Assembly (NCBI RefSeq): GCF_001194135.2
Contig: NC_068984.1
Location: forward strand, 146,268,704 to 146,332,703
Length of the DNA stretch: 64,000 nt
Reading direction: 5' to 3'
Source: Octopus bimaculoides
Taxonomy: Eukaryota
Shown one piece after another: positions 1 to 12,600 of this stretch. The notes under the pieces were generated by a model. It worked only from the letters and a program-made list of their open reading frames with translations, made no database searches and had not been told where the DNA came from. A program made the position numbers and the translations under genes. Numbering within the stretch: the stretch's first letter is position 1; every line of letters starts with the position of its first letter.

Positions 1-799
1 GAATTTTTTTTTTAAAAATGAAGAAAGCTACAAATTAAAATAATCATATCCCTGTCTCTCTCATCACTGACCCAATGTAAGAGATGAGGTGGAACCGTCT
101 GTAGCCGATACCCTCACTCCACCCTTTCTGTACTGCCAGTCATCACTCATTCTCTCCAGGGCCATTTCTGTGTGTCATCCATCAATTCCACCTTTCCTAT
201 TATCTATTACACCTGAACCCCTGCAATCTATGATCATATTCGTATGTATTTCACTCATCCATACTTGCCATTTTTAATCATTGTCTTAGAGTAGTCGTCA
301 TTATCATTGTTTTAACATCCACTTTTCTATGCTTGCAGGAGTCAGAGCTTACTGAGACAAACTTTCTACGGCCAGATGCTCTTCCTGTCACCAACTCTTA
401 CCGTTTGCCAAGTAAGGTAACATTTCCCCATGGCCAAATATGTTTTCATAGAATATGACAATCATGTGACACCAAGAGAAGGCAACACACGATAGGCTTC
501 TTTTAGTTTCTGTCAACCAAATCCACTGAAAAAGTCTTGGTAGGCCCAGCAGTAGAAGACCCCCCCCCCCCCAGGCACTGGTACCTAATAACAAACGGTC
601 CAGACAACTCATGTCACCAGCGAAAGCAGCAGATGTAAAAGATTGTAGACATGGGTATAAAAATCCATTCATAACGAGGAAAAGATTCACTAATTAAACA
701 GAAAGTGACACTCTCCTTATCTTTAAATTACAAACAACAACAAAAAAATTCTATTTGGTAAAAAAGTATTTTAAAAATAAATACAATGATTTATAGGTT

Positions 800-1178
800 C
801 AGGTGTGGACTTGTGGTTAAGAAACTTGCTTCCCAACCATGTGGTCTTGGGTTCAGGACCACTGCACAACTCTTTGGGCAAGTGTCTTCCACTATAGCCC
901 TGGCCCAACCAAAGCCTTGTGAGTGAATCTGGTTGATGGAAACTGAAAGAAGCCTGTTGTATGTGTGCATGCTCTTGTCTAGGCATCATGCGATGACTGT
1001 AAATGAGCATCATGATCATTATACAAGTGAGGTCTTCATTATCAGTCTTCCATAAAAAAACATGTTTGGCCATGGGAAATATTATCCTGTTTGGAAACAG
1101 GTCACAGTTGGTAACAGAAAGGTCACCCAACCTGTAGAGAAATCTGCTTCAGCAATTCTGTCCCACTCATGCAAGTAT
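800..1178 (+). mobile_element. tRNA-headed SINE, family A with RTE-type tail (representative copy)
   Basis: Head tgtggttaagaaacttgcttcccaacc...ggttca...cttgggcaagtgtcttc. Related copies at about 300-545(-), 9150-9495(+), 11140-11420(-), 13280-13665(+), 27485-27885(+), 59300-59690(-), 61560-61800(-), 63390-63780(-). Confidence 0.85.
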
Positions 1179-1916
1179 AAATAATTACTTCATACTTTTC
1201 TCATAGGCAGCCCATTCCGTATATCTATTCTTGCAGAATACACATTGAGACACTAAACTGTTTCTATAGAACTCCTCCTGGAAACCATTTGTATATTTTT
1301 CCTGTTATTTCCAGCACACCGTCTTACAACAATCAATATCTTAGAGAAGGCGGTGAGATAGCAGAAACATTACTGTACCAGGCAAAATGCTTGGTGGCAT
1401 TTCAAGTTCCACCAAGGACAACTTGGCCTTTCATCCTTCTGGGGTTGATAAAATAAGTACCAGTTGTGAACTGGTGTTAATGTAATTGACTATCCCTCTC
1501 CCCTGAATTGTGGGCCTTGTCCCAATATCTTGTAGAAGATTCAGACACGATGTTCTAACAGACTATATCACACCTCCTGACAGTTATTCTTTTAGTTATA
1601 TTCCATGTGCCCTCAACTGGATAGTAACATTTTTAGAATTCTAGCTCCCATTTTGTTTGAAGAATAGAATGCCTCCTTACTATCATTGTTGTTGTTGTTG
1701 TTGTAGTCCCATGCTGGCATGGGTTGGACGGTTTAATAGGAGCCAACCACCCAGATGTCTGCTTTGTCATGGTTTCTTAACTCCAACCACTTCCCAGTGT
1801 ACTGGATACCTTTTACGTAACCCCTGATCCTAGTGAGGCTACCAAGTAACTCACAAATGCATCCCATCTATAATCCATCATGCAGTTTGCTGCAGTCACT
1901 TCTCCATTCAAACTGG

Positions 1917-1953
<37 letters not shown>

Positions 1954-2902
1954 AAATTAACTGTCATGGGTTTTGTTTTTGCAACAACTACTTGTTCCGT
2001 ATTCTCATGAGTCAGACATGAGAGTAGAGCCTTCCACAGCAAGATGCCCTTCCCGTTTCCAAGCAGGAGAGCAATAATGTCCCAGTCTATCAAACACACA
2101 GGTTTATATGTGGAGAACTGGAAACAAATGACTGTCTGAATGAGCCAAAACATGTCAAGAAGCCCAGGCATGCTGTTGCGGAGGGGCTTTTGCCATTGGA
2201 ATACCATTGATTACAAATCAGTGAATGCAAGGGGAAACATCATGAACTCACTCACACACACAATAAGTACATCTATAGACAACAGGGCTTCTACACAGCT
2301 CCCACCTACCAAGTCCACTTGTAAGGCATTGTGATTCAGGGCTTCAATAGAATTCCCTTTCCAAGGTGCCAATCAATGGGACTGAACCCAAAACCATGTG
2401 ATAAGGAAACAAACTTCTTAAACCACATAGCCATGCCTGCTCCATTAACAAAATAAGATACATCATCTTTTAACATCTGTTTCCCATGCTGGCATGGGTT
2501 GGAGAGTTTGGCCAGAGCTGGCAAGTCAGAGAGCTGCATCAGATTCCAGTCAGATCTGACTCGGTTTCTACGGCTGGATGCCCTTCCTGACGCCAACCAT
2601 TTAACAGTGTGTGCTGGGTGCTTTTAATGTGCCACTGGCACAAGCACTTTTACATGGCAAAAATAAAAACCAACACCAAGACATACTAAATATTTTACCT
2701 CCTGAAAGTTCATGTTATCACAAAGACAACAACATGGTTTACATAAGAAAACGCAATTGGGTTGGTAAGCTAGGAAGGTGGTGGATTGGGCATGAAACCT
2801 GGGGGTTATGGTTAATCTCTTTTGCAGCTAGATACCACAACCATTTCAATGAGCAAACCTATTACCAACTATAGGAGTAATATAAAACTTAGATTAACTT
2901 AC

Positions 2903-3006
2903 TGGGGTTGCTTTCCGCTTGGTTGCTAATTTACCCAAAGCATTGTTGACTACAGCCTGTGTAATGGGGTCCATTTCTTCCTCATCTTTGCCACGAAATC
3001 CTCTAC
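2903..3006 (-). CDS. ZNF385: ZNF385-like next exon ((G)RGFRGKDEEEMDPITQAVVNNALGKLATKRKATP)
   Basis: ttttcttgctcag| ... CCA|GTAAGT, phase 1-0, in phase with the finger exon. MDPITQAVVNNALG resembles the ZNF385 linker MDPVQKAVINHTFG. No further exon was found in 1-2900, so the gene probably continues off the window. Confidence 0.8.
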
Positions 3007-4284
3007 CTGAGCAAGAAAAATAACAGCTATTACAGCCATCCATACAGCATGTCATTTCAAACAACCATTACCTTTAATTGTAATATATAATCTGGTCTGG
3101 TTTCAATGCAATCACCAAGAGAAAATCCTCTCCAAACACAGGAACATGGAACTTGGCAGTCGACTGAATGATTACATACACAAAACCGATAAATTGCAGC
3201 ATTTACAAACACAAGTTCATCAGAAAAGAGAAAATAAACACAAACACACACAGAACTTGTATACTGAAACTATGAGTCTGTGGAAAGGACAAAAAAAAAA
3301 AACAACCCTTTGATGTCACTTTCAGCAGCCTTGTCTTTCATTTGTACTAATGGTACAAACTCCTGCCATTTATCATCATCAGCCAAGTGCTCCCTCTGTG
3401 TCCATTTTATACGAACAGTAAGCATATATATATATATATATATATATCATCATCATCATCATCATCATCATCGTTTAACGTCCGCTTTCCATGCTAGCAT
3501 GGGTTGGACGATTTGACTGAGGACTGGTGCAACCGGATGGCAACACCAGGCTCCAATCTAATTAGGCAGAGTTTCTACAGCTCGATGCCCTTCCTAACGC
3601 CAACCACTCAGAGAGTGTAGTGGGTGCTTTTAAGTGTCACCTGCACGAAAACGGCCACGCTCGAAATGGTGTCTTTTATGTGCCACCCATATATATATAT
3701 ATATATATATATACATGGGACATTCTGGCACAGCAGTTTTGGCACCTATTTGCCATCACTGATTCAACTTATTTGATATCAAATGCTTTACTATCCTTCT
3801 CACTCTCTCCCCACCTTCCTATGTTTATGCGTGTGAACAACTAAAGTTTTACGTATGCAATGCCTGTCCCACTTTCACTAGTTATGCCCATGCAAGTGTT
3901 TATTTGCCTCTAAAGCCAGCATGTGCTGCTTGCTTGCCAAAACAGGCAGACTGTCCAGTCAGCTGTGCCAAATCGTCAGCGTCCAACCAGCAGCCCCTAA
4001 CTGTCTCATACTATAAACATTAAACAGAGCAGATTTTATAACAAGGTATTTTTTTTTCTCCATAAAGTTAAAGATAAATTTTAAACCATCTCTCGGGGAA
4101 GATAGATTATTTTTGCAAAGAAGAATTCATAACTGCTTTCCCACAAACTCAACTTTCTGATCCCTAAACTGGAATTGGCTCAGAAATGGTTTGGTCATAA
4201 TGATGATCTCTTCAATATGTTATAAATTGATCCAATACCTGGTGATTGCCTGCTCATGCTTCTGTTATATAATATATATATATA

Positions 4285-4625
4285 TATATAATTTATATAA
4301 GGGCATTAACTATATAGTAATGCCTCACGCTTAGAGGGACTAAATAAGTCAAAAACTACCAAAAAACATATTGAAAGCTGCATTTCCTTGCTTTCGGTAA
4401 ATATGTTGCTTATTTTTTGGTAGTTTTTGACTTATTTAGTCCCTCTAAGCGTGAGGNNNNNNNNNNNNNNNNNNNNNNNNNNNNNNNNNNNNNNNNNNNN
4501 NNNNNNNNNNNNNNNNNNNNNNNNNNNNNNNNNNNNNNNNNNNNNNNNNNNNNNNNNNNNNNNNNNNNNNNNNNNNNNNNNGAGGCATTACTATATAGTT
4601 AATGCCCTTATATAAATTATATATA
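4285..4625. mobile_element. Fold-back MITE with about 80-bp terminal inverted repeats, in (TA)n, split by an N gap
   Basis: 4285-4366 is the reverse complement of 4413-4456 plus 4582-4625. Confidence 0.75.
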
Positions 4626-4713
4626 TTTACGAAAAAAATTATGAGTTTTTTTCATTATGAGGTTTTTTCACGCTGACTACTTGATAAATTCTTATAAAGA
4701 TTTTATCCTATAT

Positions 4714-4765
<52 letters not shown>

Positions 4766-5249
4766 ATATATATATATATATATTGCACCAAACTCAACAC
4801 ATGGTAAACTTAAACTCAGATGTTTCAATTCTGAGTAGTGTAAATAAGATGAATAATGACAGTGCACACAATTAGATTTAGTAATTAAAAGGATTAATCA
4901 ACTTTAATAAATTGTTTCAGAATAATGCAATTTGTGCTGTTCCAATAACAGTTTTATCACAACTACTTTATATTTTAATAAAAAAATTTTTTTAGCTAAT
5001 TTATAAAACAAAAACAAAAAAAAAAATACATATGCTGTATGATGATGAAATTGCATTTCTAATTTAGAGCTAAATTTTGCTACAAAATTTCTTGCTCTTC
5101 CTATTCAAACTTAATGTCAGCTTTGGCCTGCAGCCAAGGTCTTCCAGTTAAAATATGCTATTATTAACAAATCTCTATTACATATTGAAAAAATTACTTT
5201 AATTGTTTACTTATTAAATTTGATATCTAAAAGCACTTCAACAACCCAC

Positions 5250-5413
5250 CTGCTTCATCAGCCGGTAAATCTGAACGCATTTTGCGTAAATGTGTTTTCC
5301 CTGTTCGATGCTGCACCAATTGTACCTCCGAGTTCACAGTAACATCGCATACCTCGCACCGATACGAACCAGTATTTTTCTTTGGAAAGAAATCCATGTC
5401 TTTGATAACCACC
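5250..5413 (-). CDS. ZNF385: ZNF385-like exon with a matrin/U1-type C2H2 finger (MDFFPKKNTGSYRCEVCDVTVNSEVQLVQHRTGKTHLRKMRSDLPADEA); probable start ATG at 5397
   Basis: Acceptor gtttgcag| at 5414 and donor GCAG|GTGGGT at 5249. CxxC-x12-H-x5-H with the VNSEVQL--H signature of ZNF385 fingers. ATG context gacATGG. Confidence 0.8.
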
Positions 5414-6323
5414 CTGCAAACAACCGATACAAGTCAACATATTTTTAAAAAGTCACATGTATGCTTTCGAAACTAGTCTTTAAACTTGAAAGAAAATACA
5501 TTATTCTGACAAAATCATTTGGAAGTATTGTTGAACCACTAGATATACAAACATTCTTAATTTAAAGCCATGGTCTTAATACATGGGTACAGTATATGTA
5601 GATTTTTTATAACATAACTTTCATTGTAAAACACCTCTAAGAATAATTATTAAATTATAATTGGGTTAATACAAGACAGAAAATTTCCTTAATTACAACA
5701 ATTATGAATTCACTCAGCAACCAGATGAATAGTGTTATATTTCCAAACTCCTTTCAGTGACTTTCCAAAATACATACAAATATTATTGTACATGATTAAG
5801 TAAATTTTGTTTTTGTTTTTACTTATTCGTACATTCACTAAAATCTCACCCCCATGACAAAAGAATACATAATTTTAAAATGCATCAATGATTTTTCTGT
5901 AACTCAATGTCCAGTTTTTACAAAATTTAAGAACTAAATTATGCTATACCTGGTAGTCATAGATTTAGTCCAGCATTCTGACTACTTTTTCAATTTAATT
6001 GTCACTCGCCCTGTCTGATCCTCTGTGCCACTTATACATACACGTGTGTGTGTGTGTGTGTATATAAAACACATGCACACAACTTCCAGTACTCTTAAGG
6101 TACACCCTGACACATCTTCACTTCCATCTCTCTTTTCCAGCAAGGGTAGCCACGTATCTCCTCTACAACCAGACCCCCTCTCCTCTTCCTGTCCCTTAAT
6201 CATACTTTAACCTTTTATCACCTGGCACAAAGCCATCTCTCTCAATTAAAGGGCAGAGAGGTGTAGAGTTCAAACAGCTAAAACCAATACAAATTAAATA
6301 CCACAGATTGTAAGATACTTTAC

Positions 6324-6469
6324 CGAAAAGATTTTCTCCTAAAAGTTGCTGGAAGGAAAATGTTTACAGCTAGACAAGAGAAGAAACTTGTCTTATATAA
6401 AGCCCTACCTTCTCAGTAAGTCATCAACAGTCTTCCCACCAGTTTAGTTAGTTGATACCTCTTTACAAC
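6324..6469 (-). other. Candidate 5'UTR exon of the ZNF385-like gene (146 nt; alternative acceptors at 6369 and 6348)
   Basis: attatttcag| ... TCG|GTAAAG; phase-compatible with the 5413 exon; contains ATG ACT TAC TGA. Confidence 0.5.
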
Positions 6470-9400
6470 CTGAAATAATTCAAGACTTCTTATTAATATC
6501 TATTCATGCTGTTGTTCTATTTACTAGGCAATATTCTAGTTTTCTATTGCTATTCTAATCACATGCATACAAACAACGTAAAGATATAAAATGCTTTCAC
6601 TTGGTGTCTCTTTTAATTCTATATTCTTAGAGATTCTATACATTCTTCTATAAACATATGTTGGAGGGGAAGATGTTACATGGCACAGGATTGTAATTAA
6701 TGCAAGGTTTAGTAAAATGGAATTACCAAAATTGAATCTTTATTTTGCTTCAATCATTGGATTGCAGCTATCCTGGGGGTACTGCCTTGAACATTGCTTA
6801 TTCTATCAGCCTCTTCCACCAAACCTAAACTAAGATATGGGGACATAAACAGACCAACACCAGCTGTCAAACATTAAGGTGAGGAAACAAACACAGACAC
6901 ATCTACACAACAGGCTTCCACACAGTTTCTGTCTATGAAATTCACTCCCAAGGCATTGGTTGGCTTGGGGTCACCAAAGACACTTACCCAAGGTGCCATT
7001 ACGAGGGACTGGACCTAAAACCACATGGTTACAAAGCTAGCTTCTTGAACCATGCAGTCATGCATGAGAGATCTCAAAAAAAGCAATGATCCATATGGGT
7101 ATAAAGGTTCAAGATCCAACAAAACTATTAATATCGAGGGGCAAGATTAAATATCTATCACAACATTTTTAGAGATGAACTGAAGCCACAAATAATAAAT
7201 AGGAAGACAAAAACTCAACAAGTGGACACAAAGTCCAGGTTACTGGGTCAGTAATGGTGGGGCAGAGTTTAAACAACACATTGAGAGAGATTCGATGGAA
7301 CTCAAAGGCATGAGAATATTTTTGAGTACATTTGTGAGAGGAGGAAGGACTTATAACGCTTTTCAGAAACTCAAGATTGGTGGGCAGAAGTAATGTTAGC
7401 AACACCCTGCATTCAAATGCTGGTGATAAACCATTTGACAAATTAAGTCAACAATCCGAGTGAAATCGTAGTCATGGCCAATGCCAGTGCTGTCTGACTG
7501 CTACCCATGCTGGCGGCACGTAAAAAGCACCGCTCGAGCATTGGGCCTCATGGAGACAGTCCAACCAAGTGAGACCATAGTCATGGCCACTCTGTGAAGT
7601 GGTTGGCATTAAGAAGGGCATGCAGCCATAGAAACCATGCCGAATCAGACCGGAGCTTAGTGCAGCCTCCCAGCGGCTTACCAGTTTTCAGTTCAACACG
7701 GAAAACGGACATTAAATGACGATGATTATGAAAAATCCAAAAAAAAAAAAAAAAGGAACCTTTGTAAGAAATTTCACATTGTGCCACATATCATCATCAT
7801 CATCATTTAACATCAATTACCCTCAACAATTACATGCACATTTGTAGAAATAGTGATGTCAGAAAGACCCAGCAACATTGAAACTAGCAGTGGAGAAAGA
7901 GAAAAAAAGCACTAAATACTTACTGGTTGAGAATTATAACAATTATTTCATTAAAGATTTGAGCATCTATTTGTTTACTGTAACGAAAAAATAAAAGTAA
8001 TTCAATTGTTACACACACACACCAGGAGAAACTAATATCTGATTTAATTCTTGATTGCTTTTCTTCTCCTAAGTTTAAATAAAACATCACCACATCAGTG
8101 ATTGCCATAAACCTCACCATGTAATAGAGGGGTGAGGAGGAGGTGGTCAATTGTCTCAACTCTAAAACAGTATTAAGTCTTTTAACCCTTTTAATATCAA
8201 ACCCACCCAAGACCAACTCTGGATTTATGATACAAACATTGTTTTAAAGCGATCTAAAAACTTTTACATCAAAACTTCATAATTTAGGTTCATAAGCTAG
8301 CTTGATAACAACAAAATTATTTTACAAGATTCCTCATTATTTTCAAAATAAGTGAAACAAGGGCAGTGCATACCAATAGAAATATGTTAATGGAAGGATT
8401 AAACTAGCCATACCCGGCCTCTCACATCTACTCCACAATATTCTACAAATAAACAATTCCGACATTGAAATCTTGTTCACTTCAGATAATGCAAGAAAAA
8501 GCATTTTCATTGGAACACAACTCTAAATACTGTGAAATTTTCAATAGCAGAAGGTCTTTTTCAACATTTGAAGTAGAAATTGATTTTTTTGTGATCTGTA
8601 ATTATCAATTTGGCTTCAACAAGTTGTAATTCCAACTTGGAAGGATTTACAAAGCAGAGAAGAAAAAGAACAGTGACTTGTCTTTGGCTGAATCAGATGT
8701 AAATGTTTCTAAATTCGTCTGACAAGGAAGAAAGTTTTGAGAACAAAAGTGATGAAGATCTTCAGGATGCCATTCAAAATGTTAGAGTGACATCGTCAAA
8801 CAATGCAACAGCAATATATATCCTTGATTGGACAGAAAATATGTAATTCTGAATCATTGGTATTTATACTAAACTACAATTTTGCACATAGAAAATAAAG
8901 TTACAAACATTGTTGATACCCCCCCCCTACCGCCTCTTGAGCGTGATTAATTCAAAACTATGTGAATAAATTAAGCATCACATTTGTCAGAAGAACGTAA
9001 ATGCTAAAGGGTCCGACATAAGGAAATGTCAACGGAGAGACAAATATTAATACATTTGTTTACTCTCTGCAAATATGTTCGTTTTCTAATCATTACAACT
9101 TAGCCATAAATATCGAAACTAACTGACATACTGTTTTGTCAAAGTTTTCACCTGTGTTCAGTCCAGCTGTGTGACACCTTGGGAAAATGTTTTCTACTAA
9201 AGTTTCAGGTCAACCAAAGTCTTGAGAAATGGATTTGGCCAATGGAAACTGAAAGAAGCCTATTATGCGTGTGTGTGCGCGCGTTTCCTTGCCTTGATAC
9301 TGTATCACTGTCATACGAGTGGTGGCTGTTTCCAGTCATCCAAGACATGTCTGATCACAGGGGAATATTACCTTTCATGGAAACTGATGAAGGTTGGCAA

Positions 9401-9590
9401 CAGAAAGGGCATCTGGCTGTAGAAGAAACACAACAAATTCCATCTGACTCATGCAAGCATGGAAAAAGTGAATGTGAAAATGATGATGATAATGATGGTG
9501 ATACCTTACTGAAGTGAAAGACCATGACTAGCTAATCTGATACCAAATGCCACTTAACAATTTGATTTCAATTCAAATACGAAAACTTAC

Positions 9591-9656
9591 CTCAATGACT
9601 GTTCCAAACTTCAAAACAATTTCTTTTGTGGACTTCCAATAAACTTTAATTCATGT
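9591..9656 (-). other. Candidate non-coding exon of the ZNF385-like gene (66 nt)
   Basis: Long T-rich tract then CAG| and GAG|GTAAGT; stop codons in all three frames. Confidence 0.6.
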
Positions 9657-12600
9657 CTGAAAAAACAAAAAAAAAAAAGAAGCCAAAATCATTTTCCAAT
9701 TAATACACAGCATTGTTTTAATGTCTGCTTTTTCCATGGGTGAATTAGACAAGATCTACTGAGCACAGTCTGTTCACAGCCAGATATGCACATCCTGTCA
9801 CCAAACCTTACTTATTTTCCTGGTCATTCAAATAACTGTTGAAAGGCTGGGCATGTTTTACAGTAGATGTAAAAACAAGGGCACTACCTATACAGTAACA
9901 TTGGTTTTTTATGCAGTACAAAATGCACTCACATTCACACACACACAACAGGCTTCCATAGTTTCCATTTACCAGGTAATGATCAGTCAAAAGTAGGAAC
10001 AAACTTAAAACCATACGGTTTCTTAAATGAACCCTGTGCCTACATCTACAAAACAGTCTTGTGTTGTATGATGGTGGTTAGAAGGGATCTGCAAACCAGA
10101 AAGGGCTTCAAGAGGAAAAGGTTTGGGGAAAACATTTACTGTAAAACAACAGTGAGATAATGGTAAAAAAAAGCTTAAAGGATCTAATCTTCCAATTCAG
10201 TGTATGAATTCAGTTTGACAAAAGAGAATGATAGAATAAAAACTAGATGTAAAAATAAGTACAGGGGTTCATTTGTTCAATTGAACCATTCAAGGTGGTA
10301 TCCCAACATAGTAGCAGTTCAATGACCAAACCAAATTTTCAAGAAGAAAACCAAGGAATTTCTATGAATTGACAAACATTGGTGGTGATTATAATTTTAT
10401 ATTTACAGTGATGAACAAAGTACATATGAAATACCTGTACGAAGCATGTTTATGCTTGCAGGAATAAACTATTTGTAAAAGGGTCAATCATTGTCAGAAT
10501 TTCAGGGACCCACTAACTGATGTCCCCACCAGTACCAAATAAAATATTTGGAAAAGTTGTAAACAAACTCAAAAACATGTGTCACAGATAATGACTATAA
10601 CACTAAGTGGCTGGGAAGATTTTTATATGGCATGAATTACACAAAAATTAGGTTTGAATCAAATTAAGTTGCATCCAACTGGCTTCCTTTAAACAGAATA
10701 CCGGATCCAATGACATAGAAGATGCATTTTCTGAAGTCTCAATAAAGTACTCAGGAATTTACATATGAAGCAGAGTTTGTTTTAAATGCACAAAAGTCTT
10801 TTCTTGCTGAATATACACCGTTGAAAGTGCATCAAACATGCTTATGCACCTTTCGTGACATCGCACATACAGAATACATAATACAGTGATCTTAGAGTGC
10901 TTGCGACTAATGATTAAAAGAGTATTTCACTACAAAACCCATTCTACAAGCCAACAAGATGGTGGCTTGAACAGTTGAAAGTAACGTTGTCCAGATTTCA
11001 CAATACCAATCTTTGAAAAAGACACATTAACTATCGTATTTGGAAAAGAAAAAAATTATTTCTTCACAAGTAGAAAAAAAGAAAGAAAGAAAATTCTGCA
11101 TGTAAAAGATGGAAATTATTTAAATACTTTTGAACATACATCATCATCATCACCAATTCTCTCCTATTTAACATTTTCCCCATGGCCAGACATCTTTATT
11201 TGCAGAATATTGGAAATGTGTGACACTAGTTTACAATGTCAAGACAAGACACACATGATAGGTTTCATTCAGTTTCCATCTACCAAATCCACTCACATGG
11301 TTTTGGTTGGCCTGGGGTTACAATAGACGACACTTGTCCAAGGTGCTATGTAAGGCGACTGAACCCATAACCATGTAGTTGGGAAGCAAACATCTTAACC
11401 ACACAGCCATACCTGCAACAACATTTGTAGCAGTAAATGATAAACCAATTGTATTCCACCTAATATCACTTACAAAGGATATCAAGTTAGAACAAAACGT
11501 ATATATGTAAATTCATTAATTGACTGTAATTAGATGAGCAAAAGGTCATCAGAGATCCAGATCAAAGGGGCAGGGCTGATTTTACATAGTTTCCATGAAC
11601 CTTTTCGTTACCAACCCGGCCAAAACCTTCTCTGGCTCTGTAGTAAAAATGTCTTGTTTTCAAAAGTTCTGAATTAAAATCTTCCACCAAATTTAAGTTA
11701 CAATTTATGTTCCTAACACTAGCTGAATGATAACTAAGTTATTTTACTAAATTCTTTGTTATATTTGAAATTAATTGAAAGAAACACAGAGCATCTCAAC
11801 AGAAATACGGTAACGAAAGGCTTAAGCAGAGGGAAAAAATCCAACAATAAGTAGAAGACATGCAATCCAAATACTTTTGGAAATACCATGTATTACACAA
11901 GACAAGTCAGAGGTGAATGAAATCCAAGTATGGTTGAAAACCAACATATTGAAGCTTGCAGCTTGAATTAAATTTACCAAATTGGAAGAGTTGCAATTCT
12001 TCTATTGACTTTTCCAAGAATTTTAGGAGGTTGTTCACATCAACAAGTAATTTGGCATATGAAGTCCTTTGATTCTTTCACCAATCGGTAACTCTTCTTT
12101 TAAATATATTTTAGTAATTAATAAGCGAGGAAGGAAAATTAGAAGAGAATAATATAAACTCTTTGTTTATCAGCAGCAGAGGTTAGAAGAAGCACAGGCC
12201 AATGCCCACTGGCCAGCACCATGTGCTGACTTCACGGGGACAGGTCATAAGACCCAGCAACTGAGTCGTTAAGTGGAACCCTCAGAAACAGCAGCATAAA
12301 GGACATCCCAATATGAACTGGTACCAGACAATCAACAGGAACCGACAACAGGATTTGCACTGCAATTTGCTGCTAACCGATCCTACCGGACTACTTTGAC
12401 TGCCTCTTGAGTCACATGACATAGTCTTGGAGTAAATAAGTTCTTGCTGAGAAAAGCCCATAAAACAACTCCCACTTTTGGATCACCAGTTAGTTTACCT
12501 CTTTTGATGGCAACCTGCCTGAGACAACCCTAATTCTAAATTACAAATTCTGTTTCAAAATGATCTCAAAGATTTTCATCAAAATTTCAGGTTAATTTAC

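Noticed and set aside
800-900. tRNA genes suggested by A-box/B-box-like motifs
   Set aside because: These are degenerate SINE heads; no complete cloverleaf is present.
3057-3251. ORF or possible exon VDCQVPCSCVWRG... just upstream of exon 3006
   Set aside because: It would be phase 1-0, incompatible with the phase-1 acceptor at 3006, and would leave an intron of only about 60 nt.
5227-5412. Treating the 61-aa ORF as the terminal exon or a complete gene
   Set aside because: An internal donor at 5249 joins in phase to the ZNF385-like exon 3006-2903.
5227-9656. Selenoprotein interpretation of the in-frame TGA codons
   Set aside because: No SECIS-like RUGA/AA/GA stem was found by eye downstream. 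The gene continues to further coding exons, ZNF385 proteins are not known selenoproteins, and a good ATG follows the stops.
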